Source: Pyrobaculum sp. | Lineage (GTDB): Archaea; Thermoproteota; Thermoprotei; Thermoproteales; Thermoproteaceae | Reading direction: 5' to 3' | Assembly: GCA_046293555.1 (NCBI GenBank) | Contig: JBKBOT010000010.1 | Coordinates: 1 to 33,279, forward strand | DNA length: 33,279 nucleotides | Shown here: in pieces, positions 16,160 to 24,428 of the stretch | Layout: every line of letters starts with the position of its first letter | Position numbering within the stretch: the first letter of the stretch is position 1 | Made by a program: the position numbers and the translations under genes | The notes under the pieces: model-generated | Seen by the model: the letters and a program-made list of their open reading frames with translations, nothing else | The model's database searches: none | Told to the model about the DNA's origin: nothing

Positions 16160-17365
16160 TTAGGAGAGAGTGAAGTGAAAGCCCTGTCTCTCCAGTTCGT
16201 CTAGAAGCTCTCCTATATCTAACGTGGCGGGGACCTCCACTACAAAGACGAGCCTCACGTAGTAAGGCCTCTGTTCTGGGTCGTATCTCTCGTGATATAC
16301 CTCAAGTATGTTCACATGGCGTGCCGCCAATAGAGATGAGGCCTTAGCTAACGTGCCAGGTCTGTCTGGCACCTCACCTATCAGCCTTAACACCCTTCTC
16401 TGTCTCGCCAAGGCTTTCATCAACACGCGCATCAATATGGGGGCATCTATATTGCCGCCAGAAATCACGGCTACGACCTTCCTGTCTTTAACAGAGATTT
16501 TTCCAGACATAATTGCAGCCACTGCCGCAGCGCCTGCCCCCTCGGCGACAACTCTAGTCCTCTCCAGTAGGAGAAATATGGCGTCTACAATCTCGTTGTC
16601 GTCAACCAGCACTATGTCGTCTACATATTGTTGAATCATGTTAAAGGTGATGTCGCCCGGCCTTTTTACCGCAATGCCGTCAGCTATGGTGTCTACCCTT
16701 TCTATAACTACCGGCTTCCCCTCTCTTAGCGAGAGATATACGGCGGGGGCGCCGCCTGCCTGTACCCCAACAATCTTTACAGAAGGCCGGACCTTCTTAA
16801 TGGCATAGGCTATACCTGAAATAAGCCCACCGCCGCCCACTGGGACAACTACCACATCTACATCAGGGATATCTTCCAGAATCTCTACACCCAAAGTGGC
16901 CTGGCCTGCAATCACGTAGTAGTCGTCATAGGCGTGGAGGAACTTCACGCCCCCTGCGGCGAGTTCAACCGCCTTTTTCTCCGCCTCGTGATAACTCTCG
17001 CCGTGTAGTAACACAGAGGCTCCGTAGTCTTGCGTCTTCTTTACCTTAAGCCATGGCGTGTTTTCCGGCATAATTACTGTAGCCTTTACGTTATGAAGCT
17101 GGGCGGCATAGGCGACGCCTTGTGCGTGGTTGCCAGAAGAGGCTGTGACAAACTCCCTATAGCCCTCCTGTACGTATTTATGTATGGCGAAATATGCCCC
17201 CCTGATTTTAAAACTGCCGGTTTTTTGTAAAGCCTCCAGCTTTAAGAAAACCTCTCCTCCCGCCATTCTGGAGAGAGACTCGGATCTTAACGTAGGCGTC
17301 CTGTGTATCTTCCCCTCCCCCTGTTTTTTCCTGATTACCGACAGGGCCTCCTCAAGTAAGATCAT
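16160..17365 (-). CDS. ilvA: Threonine ammonia-lyase with C-terminal ACT domain
   Basis: TGSFKIRGA, ASSGNHAQG, VGGGGLISG, SGGNID, DRPGTL. Confidence 0.93.
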   Translation of the reverse strand: MILLEEALSVIRKKQGEGKIHRTPTLRSESLSRMAGGEVFLKLEALQKTGSFKIRGAYFAIHKYVQEGYREFVTASSGNHAQGVAYAAQLHNVKATVIMPENTPWLKVKKTQDYGASVLLHGESYHEAEKKAVELAAGGVKFLHAYDDYYVIAGQATLGVEILEDIPDVDVVVVPVGGGGLISGIAYAIKKVRPSVKIVGVQAGGAPAVYLSLREGKPVVIERVDTIADGIAVKRPGDITFNMIQQYVDDIVLVDDNEIVDAIFLLLERTRVVAEGAGAAAVAAIMSGKISVKDRKVVAVISGGNIDAPILMRVLMKALARQRRVLRLIGEVPDRPGTLAKASSLLAARHVNILEVYHERYDPEQRPYYVRLVFVVEVPATLDIGELLDELERQGFHFTLS

Positions 17366-18560
17366 ACGACCTCATGGCGAGAGAGAGACGTCTAATGCCC
17401 TCACTTATCTGCTCGAAGGTGGGATAGGTGAAGTTAAGCCGCATGGCGTTTTTTACAGACCGGTCTACGAAAAAGCTGTGGCCGGGGACAAACGCCACCC
17501 TGTATTGAGATACCGCAATTTTTAACATCTCCTTTGTGTCCACATGGGGCGGGGCCGATAGCCATATGAACATCCCGCCGGAGGGCCTAGTCCAGCTGAC
17601 GCCTGGAGGCATGTAGGTCTCCAGAGCTGCCAACATGGCGTCACGTTTTCTCTTATAAAGCTCCTTGACATGCGGCAAGTTTTTAAGGACCACATTACGG
17701 CGGAGGCCTTCGAGAAATATATACTGGACAAAATTAGAGGTGTGTAAATTAAGTGACTGTTTTGCCAAATTAAACCACCCTATAATCTCCTCGTTGGCAA
17801 CCGCCCACCCCAGACGGAAGCCCGGCGCAAAGATCTTAGAAGCTGTGGAGAGATATATCACCCTATCTGACTTGTCCAACGCCTTAATGGTGCTAACCTG
17901 TATCGGCTCGAAAAGAAAGTAGGAATATGGGTCGTCTTCCACCACAAGTAGGTCGTGCCTCTCGGCTATCTCCATGAGGTACTTTCTCCTCTCTTGCGAC
18001 ATGGTGATGCCGCTGGGGTTTTGGGCCGTAGGTATCGTGTAGATGAACTTTATCCTTTCCCCCTCCGACAGGAGCTTTTTTACCCTTTCCTCAAGCGTCT
18101 CTACCACCATCCCGTTTTCGTCCATAGGTATGCCGACAAATTTCGGCTGGTATATACGCCATGCCTGCAAGGCGGCGAGATATGTGGGGTTTTCTGTAAT
18201 CACCACATCTCCAGGGTTTATGAAGACTCTTCCAACTAGCTCTAACGCCTCTTGGCTGCCCACAGTGATGATTATGTTTTCCGGCCGCGCCTTAATCCCG
18301 GCGTAGCTCTCACTAAATTTCACAATCTCTTGACGTAGTTCCAACACCCCCTCGGTGGAGCCGTATTGAAGGGCCCTATGTGGATAAGCCTCTAGTACAT
18401 AGTTTACAATCCGTGCTATATCTTCTACGGGGAAGGTAGAGGGGTCTGGCAGACCTCCACTAAAGGAGATAACGTCTGCCGTCACCCAGCGTAATAACTC
18501 CCTAATCTCGCTGGGAGAAATGTGTTGAGCACGTGACGCGAGGAGCCTAGATATGTCCAT
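17352..18560 (-). CDS. PLP-dependent class I aminotransferase (LysN/ARO8-like)
   Basis: GGLPDP, QNPSG, EDDPY, SKIFAPGFRLGW, GGMFIW. Confidence 0.92.
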   Translation of the reverse strand: MDISRLLASRAQHISPSEIRELLRWVTADVISFSGGLPDPSTFPVEDIARIVNYVLEAYPHRALQYGSTEGVLELRQEIVKFSESYAGIKARPENIIITVGSQEALELVGRVFINPGDVVITENPTYLAALQAWRIYQPKFVGIPMDENGMVVETLEERVKKLLSEGERIKFIYTIPTAQNPSGITMSQERRKYLMEIAERHDLLVVEDDPYSYFLFEPIQVSTIKALDKSDRVIYLSTASKIFAPGFRLGWAVANEEIIGWFNLAKQSLNLHTSNFVQYIFLEGLRRNVVLKNLPHVKELYKRKRDAMLAALETYMPPGVSWTRPSGGMFIWLSAPPHVDTKEMLKIAVSQYRVAFVPGHSFFVDRSVKNAMRLNFTYPTFEQISEGIRRLSLAMRSYDLT

Positions 18561-18603
18561 GAAAGCAAGATAGCAAAGCTATATAAGCTTACTTATATAT
18601 ACT

Positions 18604-18849
18604 CTATATTGTTATATATGAACAATTTTTACATACCCTACCTAAACCTTTTCTTGTACTACATTTGTCACAAACAGGTCTTCCACATATCATACAGGTA
18701 GAAATGGCAAAATTTTTTCTACATACCTCACAGAGGGTGGAGATACAGGCCTCGCAGATGTCTCCCCTCCAGTCGTGTCTACAGACAAAACGGCCGCATT
18801 TTGGACATCTATACTCCGCCTCCTCAAGTCCACAGATTTGGCAAATCAC
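18604..18849 (-). CDS. Small Cys-rich double zinc-finger protein
   Basis: 81 aa with 15 Cys in two similar units. GTGA overlap with the sucD stop. Confidence 0.8.
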   Translation of the reverse strand: MICQICGLEEAEYRCPKCGRFVCRHDWRGDICEACISTLCEVCRKNFAISTCMICGRPVCDKCSTRKGLGRVCKNCSYITI

Positions 18850-19721
18850 AGACGTTTTAAAAGCCTGGCGAGAAGTTGCGGCACCTCAAAGGGGGTCTCG
18901 GCGACAGGTATGCCGACAGCCCTAAAGGCCTCGATCTTGCTCCTAGCGTCTCCAGTTCCCAACATCACAATCGCGCCTGCGTGGCCCATACGCTTCCCTG
19001 GAGGAGCCGTGCGGCCTGCCACATAGGCGACTACCGGCTTGTCTATTTCTGCATATAGCCTGGCCAACCTCTCCTCCGCGTCGCCTCCCACCTCTCCGAT
19101 TACCACAATGCCCTCCACCTCTGGGTCTTCTGCAGCCCTGAGGGAGGCCTCCATTAGGTCTAGCCCCACTATTGGATCTCCCCCCACGCCTATGGCGATA
19201 TTTATGCCAAAACCCGCCCTCACTAGTTGGTATGAGATCTCGTAGGTCAACGTGCCGGAGCGGCTGACCACCGCTATCCTCCCCGGCGTCTGGTATATAC
19301 TATTTGGCATGATGCCCAACTTTGTGCGAAACGGCGGCGACACGACGCCGGGGCAGTTGGGGCCAATTACCGTAACCCCCCTCGACCTCGCGTAATTTAT
19401 CGCCCTAAGCGCGTCGTGTATGGGTATATGTTCTGTAATTACCACCACAAGCCTCACGCCGGCGTCTACTGCCTCCAACACCGCGTCTGTGGCAAACCTG
19501 GCGGGGACAAAAACCACGCTGGCATTTGCCCCATGTCTTCTCACGGCTTCCTCCACGGAGTCATATATCGGAACCCCATGTACCGTAGTGCCGCCTTTCC
19601 CTGGTGTTACCCCCGCCACCACTTTGGTGCCGTATTCAAGCATGCGCTGTAGGTGGAAAGAGCCCTCACGCCCGGTGGCGCCCTGGACGACAACCCTTGT
19701 GTCGGGGCCTACTATCGTCAT
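18846..19721 (-). CDS. sucD: Succinyl-CoA synthetase alpha subunit
   Basis: QGATGREG, GPNCPG, SRSGTLTYE, MGHAGA. Confidence 0.96.
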   Translation of the reverse strand: MTIVGPDTRVVVQGATGREGSFHLQRMLEYGTKVVAGVTPGKGGTTVHGVPIYDSVEEAVRRHGANASVVFVPARFATDAVLEAVDAGVRLVVVITEHIPIHDALRAINYARSRGVTVIGPNCPGVVSPPFRTKLGIMPNSIYQTPGRIAVVSRSGTLTYEISYQLVRAGFGINIAIGVGGDPIVGLDLMEASLRAAEDPEVEGIVVIGEVGGDAEERLARLYAEIDKPVVAYVAGRTAPPGKRMGHAGAIVMLGTGDARSKIEAFRAVGIPVAETPFEVPQLLARLLKRL

Positions 19722-20860
19722 GCCCCAGCCAGCTCTACCGCCCTCCTTGCGGCCTCCTCCGCGTTTTCAAACAGCGGCACCCCCACCTCCGCCAAAATGG
19801 CTTTACCCAACTCCTCGTTTGTGCCCTTTATTCTCACCACGATGTTCTTATCTCTCCCCTCCTGGAGAGCCTCCTTTATCCCTAACGCCACCTCATCGGC
19901 TCTAGTAATGCCGCCAAAGATGTTAACAAATATCACTTTGACACGTGGGTGGTTTAACAACACCTTTACCGCCTCTCTAACCACCTCCCTACTTGCGCCA
20001 CCCCCAATGTCCAGAAAGTTGGCTGGCCTCCCCCCGAAGTGGTATACTAAGTCCATAGTGGCCATGGTTAGCCCGGCGCCGTTTCCAATAATGCCGATAT
20101 CTCCATCTAGCTCCACGTAGTGAAAGCCGATCTTTTTGGCATACGCCTCAAATTCTGTCACATCTCTCGGGTCTTCCTCCAGACTTTTCTCAAAGTCCTG
20201 GTGTCTAAAGAGGGCGTTGTCGTCAATTATCACCCTGGCATCCAGCGGGATCACGTCGCCCTCTTTGGAGACAGCTAGCGGGTTAGACTCCACAAGCTCG
20301 GCGTCGTGATCCGTCATGATTTTATACATGGCGTGTATAATTGAGGCAGTCTGGCGCCACTGCTCCGTGCCGGGCTTAAAGCCTAGCCAAGAGGCGATAT
20401 TACGGACGTGGTAATCCCGAAGGCCTACGGAGGGATCTACATAAACCCTCTTTATCTTCTCTGGGGTGGACCTGGCGATCTCCTCTATGTCCACCCCGCC
20501 TACGGGAGACGCCAGGAATAAATACCTGCGGGTAGCCCTGTCAATTATCAACGAGAGATACATCTCACGCGTCACCTCTACATATCTTGTTACATACAGC
20601 TTTCTAACCACCAACCCCTTTATGTTCATACCAAACATATTTTTTGACAGCTCGTAGGCCTCCTCCGGCGTGTTAGCCGCCTTAATCCCCCCGGCTTTCC
20701 CCCTGCCGGCTACCACCACCTGCGCCTTTAAGACCACCGGCGTGCCTAACTCTCTAGCTGCCTTAAGTACCCCCTCCGGCGTTGTGGTAACCACACCCGG
20801 CGGGATTTTTACTCCATATCTAGAAAAAAGCTCTTTAGCCTCGTATTCATGTAGCTTCAT
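19718..20860 (-). CDS. sucC: Succinyl-CoA synthetase beta subunit
   Basis: MKLHEYEAK, GRGKAGG, GNGAGLTMATMD, ANFLDIGGG, NIFGGITR. Confidence 0.96.
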   Translation of the reverse strand: MKLHEYEAKELFSRYGVKIPPGVVTTTPEGVLKAARELGTPVVLKAQVVVAGRGKAGGIKAANTPEEAYELSKNMFGMNIKGLVVRKLYVTRYVEVTREMYLSLIIDRATRRYLFLASPVGGVDIEEIARSTPEKIKRVYVDPSVGLRDYHVRNIASWLGFKPGTEQWRQTASIIHAMYKIMTDHDAELVESNPLAVSKEGDVIPLDARVIIDDNALFRHQDFEKSLEEDPRDVTEFEAYAKKIGFHYVELDGDIGIIGNGAGLTMATMDLVYHFGGRPANFLDIGGGASREVVREAVKVLLNHPRVKVIFVNIFGGITRADEVALGIKEALQEGRDKNIVVRIKGTNEELGKAILAEVGVPLFENAEEAARRAVELAGA

Positions 20861-20892
20861 ACTAAACTTCTTTAAAATAGTTTTTTAAAAAT

Positions 20893-21060
20893 TTAGTCAA
20901 CTGACATCAAGAGGTATATCCCGGGCTCTCTCGCCATGGCCACAGCCTCTTTTTTCTCCGCATATATCCCCACAATCTTGCCGTCTTTTACCAACACCCA
21001 GCCTCTCCTCCCGGCCCCCTTCCCCACCTCAGCCCACCTCTTGAGAGTTTCCTCAATCAT
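20893..21060 (-). CDS. 55-aa hypothetical protein (DUF5678-like)
   Basis: Below the ORF-track cutoff: MIEETLKRWAEVGKGAGRRGWVLVKDGKIVGIYAEKKEAVAMAREPGIYLLMSVD. ATGA overlap with the upstream stop; fills the gap to the sucC promoter. Confidence 0.8.
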   Translation of the reverse strand: MIEETLKRWAEVGKGAGRRGWVLVKDGKIVGIYAEKKEAVAMAREPGIYLLMSVD

Positions 21061-22307
21061 ATTACCAGCCGCTCTTCCTCAAAACATCTGTTACGTCGTA
21101 ACAAGCCGCTCTCTACAATCACGCCTCCATATAGCTCCGTCTTCTCGCGGCCTAGCGCCAAACTAGCCGCAATTCTCCCCACGGCGTCTGCCTTCATTAT
21201 GCCAGAGCCAGAGGTGCCCGCCGCGACGTAAAGCCCCTCTGCCAGTCTGTCCACTACAGGCTGGTAGTCTACCACGTTTTCGTCATAGTGGCCAGCCCAG
21301 GCGTTTTGAGGCATTCTGTTTTCAAAAGCCGGGATGTATTTAGACAAGACCGGATATATCCCAAAACGCCACAGGGCCTCTTCAGGCTCTGCGGGGTCTT
21401 CAAACCTGAAGGGCCTTCTGTCAGCCACGCCAATCCAAAAAGCGCCCTCGCTGGGCTCGGGCCGCAGGTATATCCCCTTGGGCAGTATCAACATGGGGCC
21501 CCAGTGGGGATCCGCAAGGCCCTTCTCCAGAAGTGTCCATAGCTCTCCATCTGCCTTTACCACAAAGACCTGGCGTTTTCTCGGCTTAAGCGGGAGCCCA
21601 AAGCCTATGGCGTCCATTAGCCCCTCTGTCCACGCGCCGGTGGCAAACACCACATTTCTCGCCTCTATAAGCCCCTCTGTGGTCTCCACGCCGGTCACTT
21701 TGACGTCTTGCCACACAAACGGCTCTCCGGGAATGCCAAGGGGGCGTCTTGGAGAAAACGCCACTTGAAGAACCTTAACGTTAAACTTTACCTCACCTCC
21801 CTCCTCCGTGTAGGCCTGGTGGTAATACTTCACAAGTTTTTCAGGGTCAATAATTCCCGCCTCTTTAATCAACATGGCGAAGGATACATCGGGGAGTCCC
21901 ATCTCTCTTGCCTCCACGTCGCTAGAGATGTTGAACCTAATGGGCATGTCCAGACTTCTAAACATTTCTATCTCCACGCCCATTAGTCTAAGTTCTTGCG
22001 CCGTTCTTGTCATCAACTCGCCTAGCTCTTCCGGCACGAGGAAAAGATAGCCAACACGCCGCATCCCCAAGTCAACGCCTCTATCTTGTAGCCCCCTATA
22101 GAAATCCACACTGGTCTTGGCAAGAACTCTGTTAACCCAAGAGGTGAAGATAGTCCTAAAGGCTGCGGCAGATTTTGCGGTATCGCCCATACCCACGCCG
22201 TGGCTCTGGTCTACCACAATCACTCTAGCTGTGGGAGAAAGCCGTTTGATATGATACGCTACGGACATGCCCACAATCCCGGCCCCAACAACTATATAGT
22301 CGTACAT
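21057..22307 (-). CDS. FAD-dependent oxidoreductase, dye-linked L-proline dehydrogenase (single-subunit crenarchaeal type)
   Basis: GAGIVG Rossmann motif, SAAAFRTIF, LGIPGEPFVWQ, WAGHYD, AGTSGSGIMKAD and C-terminal ERLVI. These closely recall the Aeropyrum/Pyrobaculum enzyme (from memory). Confidence 0.85.
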   Translation of the reverse strand: MYDYIVVGAGIVGMSVAYHIKRLSPTARVIVVDQSHGVGMGDTAKSAAAFRTIFTSWVNRVLAKTSVDFYRGLQDRGVDLGMRRVGYLFLVPEELGELMTRTAQELRLMGVEIEMFRSLDMPIRFNISSDVEAREMGLPDVSFAMLIKEAGIIDPEKLVKYYHQAYTEEGGEVKFNVKVLQVAFSPRRPLGIPGEPFVWQDVKVTGVETTEGLIEARNVVFATGAWTEGLMDAIGFGLPLKPRKRQVFVVKADGELWTLLEKGLADPHWGPMLILPKGIYLRPEPSEGAFWIGVADRRPFRFEDPAEPEEALWRFGIYPVLSKYIPAFENRMPQNAWAGHYDENVVDYQPVVDRLAEGLYVAAGTSGSGIMKADAVGRIAASLALGREKTELYGGVIVESGLLRRNRCFEEERLVI

Positions 22308-22337
22308 AGTTATTAAATTAATAGTATTATATATACA

Positions 22338-22387
22338 GTGATGTAAGTTCCGCGCTTATGATTGGTGATGACTAAACCCACTACTGA
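22338..22387 (+). ncRNA. C/D box guide sRNA
   Basis: C box GTGATGT (22338-44), 13-nt guide, D' ATGA (22358-61), C' GTGATGA (22365-71), 12-nt guide, D box CTGA (22384-87). Intergenic, with AT-rich TATA-like sequence upstream. Confidence 0.85.
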
Positions 22388-22776
22388 TCTCTACAAATCC
22401 CCTTGACTACAATAGAAGATGGATATATGCCGTATTTTTTCAACACCTCTACCACCTCCTCGTTATGTAGGTCAACTACCCTGTTTTTATCTACACACAC
22501 GACATTTATGTGGGGGGTAACGCTGTCGTAGTAGGTACGTCCGTTGTGTTCAAATGACACCACGAAGCCGCTTTCTTCTAGTAACTTAAGTATTGAATAT
22601 ACCGTGCTGGCGCTAATAGAGGGCATCCTCTGCTTTACCTCATTGAGTATGTCGTTAAACGTCGGGTGTTCCCTCTTGGAAAGTTTTTCAAGCACGATAT
22701 TTACAACCTCTAGCCTCTGTGGCGTCACCCTATATCCCCTCTCCTTAAGGGCGTTAAGGAGCTGTGTTCCTTCCAT
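22381..22776 (-). CDS. Fur/PerR-family transcriptional regulator
   Basis: GYRVTPQR, HPT, STVYSILKLLEESG, YDSVTPHINVVC. Confidence 0.9.
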   Translation of the reverse strand: MEGTQLLNALKERGYRVTPQRLEVVNIVLEKLSKREHPTFNDILNEVKQRMPSISASTVYSILKLLEESGFVVSFEHNGRTYYDSVTPHINVVCVDKNRVVDLHNEEVVEVLKKYGIYPSSIVVKGICRDQ

Positions 22777-22797
22777 TATTCACAATAATTCGTATTG
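22775..22797. promoter_or_regulatory. Candidate Fur-type operator (overlapping AT-rich inverted repeats)
   Basis: ATTATT-CAC-AATAAT (22775-22789) and CAATA-ATTCG-TATTG (22783-22797) lie between the TATA box and the start of the Fur gene. Confidence 0.4.
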
Positions 22798-22848
22798 ATA
22801 TAAAAATCTATTTGGACAACTATAAAAACCCCAAATTGAGATCTCCTT

Positions 22849-23343
22849 ATGGCTATAAAATTCGACGTGGTAGACATCCCCATCCCACATGGGGCCAACG
22901 TGATAATTGGCCAAAGCCACTTTATCAAAACTGTAGAAGATCTCTACGAGGCGTTAATGGCCTCTGTGCCGGGGGTTAAGTTTGGGCTAGCCTTCTGCGA
23001 GGCTTCTGGCAAAAGGCTTGTTAGACATGAGGGAAATGACGAGGAGTTAAGAGCTCTCGCCATCGACGTATGTAAAAAAATCGCCGCAGGCCACATTTTT
23101 GTGATATACCTAAAAAACGCCTGGCCAATCAACGTGTTAAACGCCATTAAAAACCTCCAGGAGGTAGTCACAATCTTTGCCGCTACGGCAAACCCGCTTA
23201 AGGTCATAGTGGCTGAGGTAGAGCCAGAGCGGCGGGGAGTTGTGGGCGTTGTAGATGGACACTCGCCACTGGGGGTAGAGACAGAGGCCGACAGAGAGGA
23301 GAGAAAGAGATTTCTCAGGGAGGTAACTAGATACAAGCTTTGA
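22849..23343 (+). CDS. DUF355 adenosine-specific kinase family protein (PAE2307-like)
   Basis: [49 protein letters not shown]. Confidence 0.9.
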   Translation: MAIKFDVVDIPIPHGANVIIGQSHFIKTVEDLYEALMASVPGVKFGLAFCEASGKRLVRHEGNDEELRALAIDVCKKIAAGHIFVIYLKNAWPINVLNAIKNLQEVVTIFAATANPLKVIVAEVEPERRGVVGVVDGHSPLGVETEADREERKRFLREVTRYKL

Positions 23344-24428
23344 ACTACGTAAATCTCGCCACTTTTCTCTTTTTTACAGCTAACGGAATTACTATAGTAG
23401 TACTGCCGCCCTACCTACGCGATCTCGGCGTCGCCAGCGAGACGGTTATAGGCGCCGTGATATCCACCGCGTTTTTTATCTCAATTGTGGTAAGGCCATT
23501 GGGGGGGTTTTTAGGCGAGAAGATAGGCTATATGGAGGCCATGAGGCTGGGGGCCGCTTTTGCTGTAAGCGCACAGCTCATGTACCTACTGGGTGACGTC
23601 CGGTGGGTACAAGCTGGGAGGGTGCTCCACGGCCTTGCGATAGCCACCTTTTTACCCATGTCTGTAGCGGCGTCGGTAACTGAGGGGACGCGCTCTATGG
23701 CCTCTAGATCTCTGGCTGTCGGTGTGGGAAATGTGGTGGGGCCTCTCATAGGGTCAACGACGTATGACATAGGCGGCGCCACCTCTTCTCTCGCCACAGC
23801 TCTTGTGCTACATGGGACCAACTTGGCGCTTGTCATCAGGTCGCCGCCGTTGGCCATGTGGGAACAGGGCGGTGGAGGGGGCGTGGAGCGCCGTGTCTAT
23901 CTATACATGGGGTTTCTAGCGCTATATTCTGCAGTGTACACAAGCCTATCTACTTTCGTGCCAGTACATCTTAAAGACTTGACACTCCCCATAGCCTACT
24001 GGGGGCTTTTTTCCGCCACGGCGGCGTTAATAAGCCTCCTGCCCAGAGCGGCGTTGGCGAGAAGAGGGTCTGTCAACACGTTAATGGCTGGAGGAGCTAC
24101 GGCAGGCGCCATGGTCGGCTTGGTTTTAGTAACTCTTGCCAAAAGCCCGCTGGACTTCGTCACTGCAGGTATGACATATGGCCTAGGACAGGGGGCTGTG
24201 GTGGTTACATACCAGATACTGGCCCTTGCTGGACACAAGAGGGCTGGAGTCGCCAGTGCCGTGTATACCACTGGCTGGGATCTTGGCGCCATAACGGGGC
24301 CCTTGATAACTGGGAGGCTTGTAGAAAACCTGGGTTACGACGTTCTTCACTATCTCCCCCTCCTCCTACTTATAAGTACCGCCACCCTCTTTTTTATGTA
24401 TCTAACGGAGAGGCGTGGAGTTTCTTAA
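23340..24428 (+). CDS. MFS transporter
   Basis: About 12 TMs; [12 protein letters not shown] motif [15 protein letters not shown]. Confidence 0.88.
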   Translation: MNYVNLATFLFFTANGITIVVLPPYLRDLGVASETVIGAVISTAFFISIVVRPLGGFLGEKIGYMEAMRLGAAFAVSAQLMYLLGDVRWVQAGRVLHGLAIATFLPMSVAASVTEGTRSMASRSLAVGVGNVVGPLIGSTTYDIGGATSSLATALVLHGTNLALVIRSPPLAMWEQGGGGGVERRVYLYMGFLALYSAVYTSLSTFVPVHLKDLTLPIAYWGLFSATAALISLLPRAALARRGSVNTLMAGGATAGAMVGLVLVTLAKSPLDFVTAGMTYGLGQGAVVVTYQILALAGHKRAGVASAVYTTGWDLGAITGPLITGRLVENLGYDVLHYLPLLLLISTATLFFMYLTERRGVS

